64,000 nucleotides of DNA from Candidatus Nanoarchaeia archaeon. GTDB taxonomy: Archaea; Nanobdellota; Nanobdellia; Woesearchaeales; JACPBV01. The position numbers and the translations under genes were made by a program. The DNA is taken from contig JANQNH010000007.1 of the NCBI GenBank assembly GCA_028279655.1, positions 35,338 to 99,337 on the forward strand, written 5' to 3'. Shown here one piece after another: positions 40,189 through 49,592 of this stretch. The notes under the pieces are model-generated. The model ran no database searches. It was given only the letters and a program-made list of their open reading frames with translations, and was not told the DNA's origin. The stretch's first letter is position 1. Each line of letters begins with the position of its first letter.

Positions 40189-40716
40189 ATGTTCGATTTA
40201 ACTAAAAAGGAAAACCTTGTACTGGCCCTTATATTAGAAAAGCCAAATAAGGAGTTCTATATCAGGGGGATTGCAAAAAAACTAAAAATAAGCCCAAGCA
40301 CAGCAAAGCTCTCTGTAGACAAATTAAAGAAGCAAGGTCTGATAGTAGAAAAAACATCTCCTGTAGTCCGTATGTTCAGAGCAAACATGGAAAGCAATCT
40401 TGTCCAAGAAAGAAAGAAGATAAAGAACCTGGACATGATAAAAAGATCAGATATTTTGGATAAAATCCAAAATCCAATATCAGCCATATTATTCGGCTCT
40501 TTCGCAAAAGGAACAAATGATGAAAAAAGCGACATTGATATTTTAATAATCACAAATAATAAAAAGCCAATAAACCTACTAGACATAAAAGGGTATGAAC
40601 TGCAGATAATCCAGCTAACTCCCCTGGAATGGAAAGAAAAAGCCAAAGGAGACAAACCATTCTATCAGGAGATAATCACAACAGGAATCCCTTTGAAAGG
40701 TGAACTTCCAGTATGA
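40189..40716 (+). CDS. HTH-fused minimal nucleotidyltransferase (MNT antitoxin)
   Basis: N-terminal HTH; LFGSFAKG...SDIDIL. Confidence 0.92.
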   Translation: MFDLTKKENLVLALILEKPNKEFYIRGIAKKLKISPSTAKLSVDKLKKQGLIVEKTSPVVRMFRANMESNLVQERKKIKNLDMIKRSDILDKIQNPISAILFGSFAKGTNDEKSDIDILIITNNKKPINLLDIKGYELQIIQLTPLEWKEKAKGDKPFYQEIITTGIPLKGELPV

Positions 40717-41132
40717 ATATAAAAGAATGTCTAGAAAAAGGTTATCTAAAGAAAACCAAACCAGATAAAGACAAAGCCAGACAATCATTAAAAACAGCTG
40801 AGAATAAATTTGATGAAGCATTAAAATCATTTGAAGCAGAGCTTTTTGAATCAACAATTATCTTTGCATATATGGCCATGTTTCATTCTGCAAGGTCCAT
40901 GCTATTTAAAGACGGGTTTGTAGAAAGAAGCCATATAGCTGTAATAGCCTTCCTAAAAGAGAAATATGAACAAATATTAGGAAAAGAGCTTATTTACGAG
41001 TTCAACACTGTAAGGATAGCAAGGCATGATAGTTTATATGGGCTTGACATAAACTTCTCAAGCAACGAAGCAAAACATATATTAGATATAGCTAAAAAAT
41101 TTATGGATAAGATCAAATCTTCAGTCTCTTAA
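40713..41132 (+). CDS. HEPN-domain protein
   Basis: AYMAMFHSAR, RSH, RHDSLY; ATGA overlap with MNT. Confidence 0.92.
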   Translation: MNIKECLEKGYLKKTKPDKDKARQSLKTAENKFDEALKSFEAELFESTIIFAYMAMFHSARSMLFKDGFVERSHIAVIAFLKEKYEQILGKELIYEFNTVRIARHDSLYGLDINFSSNEAKHILDIAKKFMDKIKSSVS

Positions 41133-41151
41133 TCCTTTCAGCAGCTTCTTT
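41111..41151. repeat. 41-bp direct repeat, copy 2 (functional 3' end of the aminotransferase)
   Basis: Matches 40101-40141. Confidence 0.9.
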
Positions 41152-42288
41152 ACAGTCATGAACAGAAGGAACTAGTGCAAATCTGACGTATTCTTCTCCA
41201 GGATTAAGATCATCAACAGAGTTAGATATCCAGGAACCAGGTGTAGTTACAATCCCAACATCCTTATCCAGCAGCTTTTTGGCAAAATCCACACAGCCCA
41301 TTCCATCGGGAACCTTCTGCCAGATGTATATGCCTGCCTTAGGGCTGCAATCACTCAACCCTATCTGTGTAAGAGCATCAACAATGATGTCTCTTTTCTT
41401 CTTATAGGATCTCCGGAACTCCTCAACATGTTTCTCATCAAGAAGCGCAGCAGAAGCAGCATCCTGTATAAAAGTAGCTGTCCCTGAGTCTATATTTGTC
41501 TTTACCTTCTTAAAGATATCAACAACCCAGGGGTCACCCATCACCCAGCCTACCCTATAGGTAGTCATTGCACTTCTCTTGCTCAAACTCTGTATAGCAA
41601 AGACCCCTTCTCTTTCTAACTCTAATATAGAGATTGGCTTTTCATCATAATAAAGCTCTGTATAACATTCATCCGACCCAATTATTACATTGTTATCCTT
41701 TCCAAAGTCAATAACCTCTTTTAACTTCTCTTTGGAGATCATCGCACCAGTAGGGTTGTTTGGATAATTTACCCACATAATCTTAGCCTTCTTCCGAACA
41801 TCAGCAGGTACCTTATCAAGATCAGGAAGAAAACCATTTGAAGAGAGTAAAGGATAGAAATAAGGTTTTCCTTCTGCAAACAAGGTTCCTCTCTCATAAG
41901 GAGGATATCCGGGATTAGGCATTATAACATAATCTCCAGGATTCACAAAACCTTCAGGAAGGTTAAACACTGCCTCCTTTGCACCTAGGCTGCTACAGAT
42001 CTCAGTATCAACATCAAGTTCAACACCGAACCTTCCCACTACCCACTTAGCAACAGTCTCCCTAAAATCACTGGAACCTATATAAGAAGGATAGCCAGAA
42101 CTCATCTGCTTATCGATGGCCCTCTTGCAATAATTCCTAATCAATCCAGGGGTAGGCTCCTTAGGATCCCCAACACCAAAATCAATTGGCTCTATCCCCA
42201 GCTTCCTAAGCTTAGCTACCTCATTATCAACATCAGCAAACGCATAACTCCCTATAGACTTTACCCTGTCACTAGCCTCAACCTTCAT
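41113..42288 (-). CDS. Class I/II PLP aminotransferase, probably LL-diaminopimelate aminotransferase
   Basis: GVGDP, NYPNNPTG, DECY, SLSK, YVRFAL; DAP-pathway context. Confidence 0.8.
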   Translation of the reverse strand: MKVEASDRVKSIGSYAFADVDNEVAKLRKLGIEPIDFGVGDPKEPTPGLIRNYCKRAIDKQMSSGYPSYIGSSDFRETVAKWVVGRFGVELDVDTEICSSLGAKEAVFNLPEGFVNPGDYVIMPNPGYPPYERGTLFAEGKPYFYPLLSSNGFLPDLDKVPADVRKKAKIMWVNYPNNPTGAMISKEKLKEVIDFGKDNNVIIGSDECYTELYYDEKPISILELEREGVFAIQSLSKRSAMTTYRVGWVMGDPWVVDIFKKVKTNIDSGTATFIQDAASAALLDEKHVEEFRRSYKKKRDIIVDALTQIGLSDCSPKAGIYIWQKVPDGMGCVDFAKKLLDKDVGIVTTPGSWISNSVDDLNPGEEYVRFALVPSVHDCKEAAERIKRLKI

Positions 42289-42353
42289 GATAAGAAGAAA
42301 AATAGATATGCTATTTATAAACTTTTTGTGATTATAATAACTAGATTCTGGTA

Positions 42354-43340
42354 TTACTTGGCCTTGTACAGTACAATAGTGCCCAGAGGTAATTTCCTAG
42401 GATCTATCTCGCTTGCCTTATGCAGCCTTTTTCCAATCATATAGTATGTAGATGGGCTTTTCCAGTTCTTGCCAGCATGGCTATAAGGTGTCCTTTTATC
42501 GCCTTCAAGCCTCCCTATCTCATAGTCCTTAAACATCTTTGTCCTTATAAGGTATCTTCTTAAAGATTCAATCTCTTTATCCTCTCTTCGGGTATTAACC
42601 TTGATCTCATCGGTTGGGCTAAGGATTTGTTCTGGTTCTTTAGGTGATTTAGAGCCATACAGTACCTTCTCAAGCCCTGGCTCAGCAACGACCAATCTTC
42701 CTGCTCTTACATCCGGATCATAGCCAGGTCCTTCCCCTAATCCCATCTTCTTCCTTGATTTAGGAGAAGCAAGCAGCATAGCACATTTTCTGTATCTGTG
42801 GGGTTTTGGATGCCACCTATTAGGCTCTCCATAAGAGACCATAGAGTGTGTAAGGATCCTCTCATCTTTGATACCATATTTCCTCTTTAGTTTAGATAAA
42901 AGATTCCTAAGAGAACGATACTGCTCTGCTGTTATATCCTTCTTATGGGAACCCTGCATCTCTATCCCAATACTGGAATCATTAAGCTTGGTTCTTCCCT
43001 CCCACATGCTTGTTCCTGCATGATGCGCAACCTTATCATCATCAATGACCTGGTGTACACCACCCCTATCATCAATAAAGTAATGGGCACTGCCTTTTTC
43101 CTTAACATCGTATATCCCATTGAAGTTTCCTTCAGATGTATGCAATATTATCAGGTCTGTCAGATCCCTGTTCCTTCTTTTATCATTTTCAGGACTCATA
43201 AAAGACTTGTCAACATAGAGTTCTGCTTCTGAAAAAACGTATGAAGGACAAGTCAAGACAGCAATACCAACAGCTACTCTGCTGAAAAAGCCCCTACGTG
43301 TCATCTTTTCAAGACCCACTGATGGTTTTTCTTTTTTCAT
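42354..43340 (-). CDS. N-acetylmuramoyl-L-alanine amidase (Amidase_2/AmpD-like) with Tat signal
   Basis: TRRGFF; IILHTS, SAHYFI, AHHAG, SIGIE, LTHSMV, KC. Confidence 0.9.
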   Translation of the reverse strand: MKKEKPSVGLEKMTRRGFFSRVAVGIAVLTCPSYVFSEAELYVDKSFMSPENDKRRNRDLTDLIILHTSEGNFNGIYDVKEKGSAHYFIDDRGGVHQVIDDDKVAHHAGTSMWEGRTKLNDSSIGIEMQGSHKKDITAEQYRSLRNLLSKLKRKYGIKDERILTHSMVSYGEPNRWHPKPHRYRKCAMLLASPKSRKKMGLGEGPGYDPDVRAGRLVVAEPGLEKVLYGSKSPKEPEQILSPTDEIKVNTRREDKEIESLRRYLIRTKMFKDYEIGRLEGDKRTPYSHAGKNWKSPSTYYMIGKRLHKASEIDPRKLPLGTIVLYKAK

Positions 43341-43377
43341 CTAACAGTATAATATAGTTTTCTAAAAAAGTTCACAA

Positions 43378-43809
43378 CTAGCTGAGATAACTAGTATCAC
43401 CTGCATCTATCTTAGTGACATTTACCTCATCATCAGATACTGAATAAGGATAAGGTATCAGCCATTTAAGCCTCAATTTATGGTTAAATAATCCAACCAA
43501 TCTGCGGCTTAATAGTTGTTCAGGATCATCAACACCTGCACTATCAAGGAAGTCGTTCAGTGAATCCTTATCAAAAAAGGTGAGTTCTTTGTATGTTTTC
43601 CTACCATCTGAGCTAGGCACTATTCTCTCCAATCCAAGTTTGGTCTCACCTTTAGAGCCAAATAACTGTACATTATCCACCCTGACAGCCTGAACCTTAT
43701 ATTTGCCATTAGCTCTAGCAAGAACCTGGTCCCTCATAGCTATCTCATTACGCCAGAAACCAAGCCCCATATCATACATTGCATATGCTCGTAAACGATC
43801 TGTTCTCAT
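43378..43809 (-). CDS. Hypothetical protein
   Basis: GGGGGTTG SD; last gene of the orphan operon. Confidence 0.65.
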   Translation of the reverse strand: MRTDRLRAYAMYDMGLGFWRNEIAMRDQVLARANGKYKVQAVRVDNVQLFGSKGETKLGLERIVPSSDGRKTYKELTFFDKDSLNDFLDSAGVDDPEQLLSRRLVGLFNHKLRLKWLIPYPYSVSDDEVNVTKIDAGDTSYLS

Positions 43810-43822
43810 TTCAACCCCCTAA

Positions 43823-44278
43823 TCAGTCACACCTCTTACAATCACATCCAGGCAAAGGCTTATAGAACTCTCCTTTACAGTCTCGACTCTGATAATCATG
43901 AAGGTGTCTTTGGTATCCCCTCATGCTTCCATAAGGGGCAATCTCCCTTTCATCGCACTCCATATTTGCCATCATAAGCTGGTACTCATGATGCCTTCGA
44001 TTATGCTCCAGGTCATCTTTGTTCAATACCCTCTTTACTCTTGGATACCTATATTTTTTATATTCCCCAAGATGGAAATCACTAATTCGATCTAAAAAAG
44101 AACCTATCCTGCTAAGTTCAGAATCTAGAGATCCTGAATCCACCGGCCTAGAATCAGCAATCCTTGAATCTACAGAGCTTGCCCTCCTGCCAATCTTAAC
44201 ATCCCTAAGTTTAGATATATATGGCCTTGCGATGATTACAGCCAATGCTCCGTATACGATTGCTTCTCTAAAGTTCAT
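43823..44278 (-). CDS. Hypothetical membrane-anchored protein with Cys-rich C-terminus
   Basis: GGAGG SD before ATG 44278; N-terminal TM; ends GCDCKRCD. Confidence 0.65.
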   Translation of the reverse strand: MNFREAIVYGALAVIIARPYISKLRDVKIGRRASSVDSRIADSRPVDSGSLDSELSRIGSFLDRISDFHLGEYKKYRYPRVKRVLNKDDLEHNRRHHEYQLMMANMECDEREIAPYGSMRGYQRHLHDYQSRDCKGEFYKPLPGCDCKRCD

Positions 44279-44290
44279 TTGATCCTCCAA

Positions 44291-44602
44291 CTAACACTCT
44301 TCTGGACCAGACTGCGCTATGTTGAGAGCTTCATCTAATCCATGATAAAACAACCTTGCATAAGTCATGAACTTATCATAGTTTGGATGTGACTCGTTCT
44401 TCCCAGTAAGCACCATATATTCCTCATCAGCAGACATCATATCCTCTATTCGTTCAATAACGCCTCTTTTCATATAGACTATCTCCTTGGATGAGAAATA
44501 ATCAGGCAATAATCCTTTCCCGAAAAGGAAAAGATTCTCTATCTTATCGCTATTCTTGATAAACTTATTCTCCAAAGATTGTATTCTTCCTTCTGTATTC
44601 AT
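44291..44602 (-). CDS. Hypothetical protein
   Basis: ATGA overlap with the upstream gene; GGAGG SD. Confidence 0.6.
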   Translation of the reverse strand: MNTEGRIQSLENKFIKNSDKIENLFLFGKGLLPDYFSSKEIVYMKRGVIERIEDMMSADEEYMVLTGKNESHPNYDKFMTYARLFYHGLDEALNIAQSGPEEC

Positions 44603-45141
44603 TTTTTCTTTCCTCCATAATCCTCTGAAGGCCCTGGTTTTCCTGCAAATAACCCTACAACAGAACTTCCGATATTTGTTCCCCACCTAATGGCTCCACC
44701 AACCAATCCACCATAAAGGATAGTGTACATTAAAGGTGCCATCTCTCCGTCTGAGTAGCATTCGGCAGTTGCCTTTAGATTATCAATTGTTGTAGCAACA
44801 TAATCTATGGATTGAGCAGCTGTCTGTTCATCCAAGGCAGCTCCTGCCTTGCATGCTGCTGCAATGAGCCCTAGATAAGCAAATGTTTGAACAGATCCTC
44901 TAAGGAATTTAGGCCACTTCCCATCAATAGCCTTTCCCGCCATATATGATGCAACTAATGCTCCCGAAGTAGCTGCAATGTCAGGAAGCTTAGAGCCTTC
45001 GCCAAGTATATTCTCAAGCCTCCCATTATCTAGCGTATCAAATCCTCCATTGTATAACCTGCCCAATAGAGGACCCATCGCTCCGTACAATGCATATCTA
45101 AGTTCATGCTTCGCATTCCTAAGACCAGATCTGATTCCCAT
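44599..45141 (-). CDS. Hypothetical Gly/Ala-rich membrane protein
   Basis: 3-4 hydrophobic segments; 2 nt after the upstream stop. Confidence 0.65.
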   Translation of the reverse strand: MGIRSGLRNAKHELRYALYGAMGPLLGRLYNGGFDTLDNGRLENILGEGSKLPDIAATSGALVASYMAGKAIDGKWPKFLRGSVQTFAYLGLIAAACKAGAALDEQTAAQSIDYVATTIDNLKATAECYSDGEMAPLMYTILYGGLVGGAIRWGTNIGSSVVGLFAGKPGPSEDYGGKKK

Positions 45142-45143
45142 TC

Positions 45144-45428
45144 TTACTCTTGCCCTCTATATTTTATGCCATACCCTCTTGCAGGACTTGTCCTGATAGT
45201 CTCTTCGTACTTAGGGTTTGAGTTTATTACCTCACTCTGAGTATTTGGATCATCACTATTTGTAGTGACAGAGCCATACTCAATCTCGGCAAGTGTCAAC
45301 CTCATTCCTCTCTTGGTTGCTTTTGAGCATCCTCCAGCTGCTAAAACTATAGGGACAAGACCGACTATAGCTGCATCTCTTACAATCGCCCCTAATCCTT
45401 TCTTTTGTGCCATTGGTTTGTTTTGCAT
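45144..45428 (-). CDS. Small hypothetical lipoprotein
   Basis: GGGAGG SD; hydrophobic stretch ending LAAGGC. Confidence 0.65.
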   Translation of the reverse strand: MQNKPMAQKKGLGAIVRDAAIVGLVPIVLAAGGCSKATKRGMRLTLAEIEYGSVTTNSDDPNTQSEVINSNPKYEETIRTSPARGYGIKYRGQE

Positions 45429-45527
45429 TTTCTGCCTCCCAAGTTTTCAGTTTTCAAAGTAAACTTGTATCAGCAAGAAAAAGTAGAAACAGCATTAATT
45501 TTCACTGACATAGGGAAAGAAATAGGC

Positions 45528-45541
45528 ATGACATATGTCAT
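45528..45541. promoter_or_regulatory. Palindrome ATGACATATGTCAT, copy 1
   Basis: Identical to 47499-47512; half-site TGACATA at 45506. Confidence 0.7.
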
Positions 45542-45596
45542 TGGTAGTTGTACAGAAAGACAGAGCAGAAGCTAGACCATTAATAAAGCTAAAGAA

Positions 45597-46805
45597 CTAA
45601 CAAACACCACAGGTATTTGTGACAAGTATCTTTACTGGTCCCTCATCATTCTTTATAACAAGAGGCTCTGTAATTACAGCCCTATCCTTGAGGTAATGAC
45701 GACGTATTCCAGGAACATTACGGTGAGTTCCTAGTACTTCAAGTCCATCTACTCCTTTTACAGCATCCATCAATGCAGCAAGAGAAGCACAACCTGTCTC
45801 TGAAGTTAACACATCCTTATGTTCGTTTTCTATAACCTGCTGATAAAGATCATATGCCCATCTAATTTCCTTATCAGAAACTCCCTTAAAATTATTCACC
45901 CTTCCATGTTTAAGTTTAAGGTGATATGCTGCAGCGGCAACATCCACGTGCTCATGCCCAAACATAGGTGTATCTAATTTATGGGCTAAGCTTTTATCTG
46001 CATCCTCCAGGGACATAGGATTTGCATAACTGGTTACACCCAACAACTGTGCACATTTCCCAGAGATCCTTTTCATTATACCTTGTATACCTGAAAAGAA
46101 CTCTCCTATTCCAACAGGAGCTAAAAATAGGTTATAGTCTGTAAAACCCTTAACGATAGCGTCCATATAAGGATAGTAGTATGGGTTTGGAAGATTATAG
46201 TTACTGACATTTGTAACATCAAGTCCCCTCTCATAACCGTTTTCTTCAACCAGATCTACCAACATAGAATAATCCCTAGCACCTTTATACCTTGCTATCT
46301 GAGGAAATACACTATCATCGCCTCTTATCAGGTCCTTCCAAAAAGTCTGTAACGTTTCTGGGTTAAACCAGATATTGGGCAGAGCTATAGAGACACTTGG
46401 GTGCCCATTCTCACCGTCTATGATATGGATAAGCTCATTTGAACCCATCTTGCTCTGTTCCATAAAGTTAACTACCTGGACATTAGAATATTTTTCAGAG
46501 GCCTTCTCAAAGGCCTTTTTTGCACTGCCAGAAGTGATAAGTAAAGCAGCACCGCCACCATTAGCAGCCATAAACTCCATAGCCTGCTCTGCTTTCGGTC
46601 CCTTGTGGCTTCTGTAAGGAGATGTACTAAGATCAAATATGTCGATCTCTACTCTCCTTCCAACCCTCTCGCTTATGATATCGCTCAGCTCTTTAGAATG
46701 GATAATCCTCGGTTTATCATCTATGCCTTTCCATATTTCAGGCCTCCATAGCATATACTCTAATAGACGGTCCTGTGTCAGATCAAGAACTGCCTCAGAA
46801 ACCAT
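45597..46805 (-). CDS. Divergent PLP fold-type II enzyme (threonine synthase/dehydratase-like)
   Basis: SPYRSHK (Schiff-base Lys), ITSGS, APVGIG, SETGCASLAAL. Confidence 0.65.
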   Translation of the reverse strand: MVSEAVLDLTQDRLLEYMLWRPEIWKGIDDKPRIIHSKELSDIISERVGRRVEIDIFDLSTSPYRSHKGPKAEQAMEFMAANGGGAALLITSGSAKKAFEKASEKYSNVQVVNFMEQSKMGSNELIHIIDGENGHPSVSIALPNIWFNPETLQTFWKDLIRGDDSVFPQIARYKGARDYSMLVDLVEENGYERGLDVTNVSNYNLPNPYYYPYMDAIVKGFTDYNLFLAPVGIGEFFSGIQGIMKRISGKCAQLLGVTSYANPMSLEDADKSLAHKLDTPMFGHEHVDVAAAAYHLKLKHGRVNNFKGVSDKEIRWAYDLYQQVIENEHKDVLTSETGCASLAALMDAVKGVDGLEVLGTHRNVPGIRRHYLKDRAVITEPLVIKNDEGPVKILVTNTCGVC

Positions 46806-47486
46806 CTAAACAACCCCCTTATCAAAAAGATCGTTAACAAGATTAGGGATAATCTTAGCCTCTGCCTTTCTTAGGTTCTCCTGAAACGTCCTCCTCTTCA
46901 TACCCACCAAGGCAGAGATCTCATCAAGAGATACCTTCCTAGGCCATTCATAGAAATTATTCGAAACAGCAATCTGCAGTGCTTTTGCCTGCTTATCAGT
47001 AAGCTTAAACAGATGGTCTTTGGGGCTTAGTCTTCCTATCTCAAAGACCTTTACCTCTCCGATCTCGTCCAACTCTTCAATTAGCCTGACAACCTTCTGG
47101 GGATCTTCTGTGATTATGTCATAGACCTCAAAGCCCTCTTTCTGCGTAACAGGGGAGGTGTATAGGCTGTTGTTCTTTAGTACAGTCTCATAGCTGGAGT
47201 CCTTTGCTATCCACTCTGTCTTGACTAGAGCATTTTCCTCATAAACAGATATAACCTTTATTACTTTGATCATCTCATACTTTTCAAGAGACTTGATAAA
47301 TTCATCAAATACCTTCCTGTCAGAAAAACCAATATCCCATGTAGCACAAAGCCTTACTCCTTCTTTACAATTCTCAACATTAATCGGGCCTTTCTCCTTC
47401 ATCACGATATTAGGATACTCCAAAGTACATAGACTACCCCAGCACCCTTTATGCCTTACTCCTATTTTTGCCTTTCTAAGTTTCAT
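46806..47486 (-). CDS. HTH-10 (Bat-type) transcriptional regulator
   Basis: H..CW N-terminus; LTDKQ..AL..A....FYEWPRKVSL...ENLRKAE. Confidence 0.92.
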   Translation of the reverse strand: MKLRKAKIGVRHKGCWGSLCTLEYPNIVMKEKGPINVENCKEGVRLCATWDIGFSDRKVFDEFIKSLEKYEMIKVIKVISVYEENALVKTEWIAKDSSYETVLKNNSLYTSPVTQKEGFEVYDIITEDPQKVVRLIEELDEIGEVKVFEIGRLSPKDHLFKLTDKQAKALQIAVSNNFYEWPRKVSLDEISALVGMKRRTFQENLRKAEAKIIPNLVNDLFDKGVV

Positions 47487-47498
47487 TACTAGAAAGAG

Positions 47499-47512
47499 AT
47501 GACATATGTCAT
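47499..47512. promoter_or_regulatory. Palindrome ATGACATATGTCAT, copy 2, abutting the regulator's TATA
   Basis: Between TTTAAATA (minus strand) and ATG 47486. Confidence 0.75.
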
Positions 47513-47554
47513 ATTTAAAGTTTACGATTTTAGCTACTATTAAGTAACACTAAG

Positions 47555-48841
47555 CTAAAGTAACTTCTCAAAACACTGATAATGGCTTGATTTCAATTCT
47601 ATCTTAGCCTTCTCAGCGATCCTAGAAACAGCGACAATATAAGCCCCCAATCTTACCGTCACCTTGTTCTTCTTAGCAGTATCCAGGACCAAAGAGGTAT
47701 TCCTTTTCATAATCCTCTCCAGCTTATTATACACCTCCTCCTTGCTCCAGTGCTTCTTTGCAAGATTCTGCTTCCATTCAAAATAGGATACAGTAACCCC
47801 TCCTGCATTCGCAAGAACATCAGGTATCACAATAATCCCTTTTTTAGAAAGACGTTTATCAGCATTTGCACTTACAGAACCGTTTCCAAGCTCAAGTACC
47901 ATACCTGCCTTGATCATTCTAACATTCTCAGTAGTTATTGCATTCTCAAGGGCAGCAGGAACCAAGATATCACAATCCAGTTCAAGTATCTGCTCATTTG
48001 TTGCATTGGTTGAACCTGAACAATCACCAACACAACCATTCTTCTTCTTATGCTGGATAACCTTTGGAATATCAAGTCCCTCATTATTCACAATAGCACC
48101 CTTAGAGTCAGATACTGCAATTACCTTAGCCCCTTCTTCAAAAGCCAACCTTGCAAATATCCCTCCCACATTACCAAAACCCTGCACAACTACCCTCTTG
48201 TCTTTCAAGGTATCAACTCCCTTAACAAATCCTTCCTTTATTACCTGTTTCAGAACATAAAGTCCTCCTAATGCAGTAGCTTCCTCCCTCCCTTCTGAAC
48301 CTCCCATATCAAGGGGCTTCCCTGTAACAACAGCCAGGTCCTTCTTTCCAAAACACTTGTTATATTCCTCAACGATCCATCTCATGACCTTTGCATTCGT
48401 ATAGACATCAGGAGCAGGGATATCGATACTAGATCCAATGACAGGAGCTATCCTCCGTACAAATCCCCTTGTCATCCTTTCCAGCTCTTTCTCACTCATA
48501 TCTTTAGGGTTACATACGACCCCCCCTTTTCCTCCACCCAAAGGTATATCAACAACCGCACATTTTATTGTCATCCATGTAGCCAGGGCCCTGACCTCAT
48601 CAAGATTAACATCCCAGTGATACCTTATCCCTCCTTTGAATGGGCCCCTCATATGATTATGTTGGACCCTATACCCATTGAATATCTTGATAGAACCATC
48701 ATCCATCTCGATAGGAAATGTAACATGCAGCTCCCTGTGTGTCATCATCAGAGCCTCCCTTATCCAATCTTCAATACGAAGCCTATCCGATGCCTCCTCT
48801 AGAAGCTCCTTTGCACTCTCATAAGGACTAGATTGATTCAT
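47555..48841 (-). CDS. gdhA: Glutamate dehydrogenase (Glu/Leu/Phe/Val family)
   Basis: GPFKGGIRY, GGGKGG, DIPAPD, QGFGNVG, NAGGVTVSYFEW. Confidence 0.95.
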   Translation of the reverse strand: MNQSSPYESAKELLEEASDRLRIEDWIREALMMTHRELHVTFPIEMDDGSIKIFNGYRVQHNHMRGPFKGGIRYHWDVNLDEVRALATWMTIKCAVVDIPLGGGKGGVVCNPKDMSEKELERMTRGFVRRIAPVIGSSIDIPAPDVYTNAKVMRWIVEEYNKCFGKKDLAVVTGKPLDMGGSEGREEATALGGLYVLKQVIKEGFVKGVDTLKDKRVVVQGFGNVGGIFARLAFEEGAKVIAVSDSKGAIVNNEGLDIPKVIQHKKKNGCVGDCSGSTNATNEQILELDCDILVPAALENAITTENVRMIKAGMVLELGNGSVSANADKRLSKKGIIVIPDVLANAGGVTVSYFEWKQNLAKKHWSKEEVYNKLERIMKRNTSLVLDTAKKNKVTVRLGAYIVAVSRIAEKAKIELKSSHYQCFEKLL

Positions 48842-48879
48842 ACTAGAAAAAAACAAAAATAAGTATATAAAGATTATGT

Positions 48880-49455
48880 TTAATCGAGGAATATAAGCTC
48901 ATCCGGCCAGTCATTCTTAAGCACACCATTCTCCATATTGATCATAGGTATGTAATTATGAAACAATCTTATTGTGTTGCTCAGCCGTATAGTAGAAACA
49001 GACTTTATTGAATCCTCACCATGATTCTTAAGCAATATGGGTATGATCTCTCTATTGAAATTCTCAACAATATCCTCATCACTATGACCGTCAATTATGA
49101 CAAGCAAAGCGACATGACCATCTACCTCTCCCAAAAAGCTCTCATGGATATATTCCCCATAGTTAGACTTGATTACCTTCTCTTCCCTTATCTCCCTGAT
49201 TATCTGTTCCCTAAGGATCCCAAGCCTAAATTTTATAATGTGTAGTTGCCTTGCTCCAAATCTTCCAGTACCCCCCTTACCCATTGCCAGCTTTGTAAAA
49301 TAAGACAACATGCCTTCCTTCTCAAGCTTGTTCCTTTTTCTGCTTACTGTTCTGATAGGCACCTTTGTCCTCTTCCCGATCTTATTGTCTGAAATTCTGG
49401 GATTCCTAACCAATTCCCTCACTATCCTTCTTTCCTGTTCATCAAGTTCTCTCAT
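48880..49455 (-). CDS. Lrp/AsnC-family regulator
   Basis: LDEQERRIVRELVRNPRIS HTH; divergent from the glutamate synthase gene. Confidence 0.85.
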   Translation of the reverse strand: MRELDEQERRIVRELVRNPRISDNKIGKRTKVPIRTVSRKRNKLEKEGMLSYFTKLAMGKGGTGRFGARQLHIIKFRLGILREQIIREIREEKVIKSNYGEYIHESFLGEVDGHVALLVIIDGHSDEDIVENFNREIIPILLKNHGEDSIKSVSTIRLSNTIRLFHNYIPMINMENGVLKNDWPDELIFLD

Positions 49456-49495
49456 TTTTACCAATTTTGACTTAAAATAAAGGATTATATAAAAA

Positions 49496-49517
49496 TTTTG
49501 CCCTAATTAGGGCAAAA
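49496..49517. promoter_or_regulatory. 22-bp perfect palindrome TTTTGCCCTAATTAGGGCAAAA
   Basis: In the divergent promoter; extra half-site TGCCCTAA at 49520. Confidence 0.75.
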
Positions 49518-49592
49518 AATGCCCTAAACACATATAAATAAACAAGATAAACCCCATAAAATAAAATAGATTTATCAGGAGGGGATTGAAAA

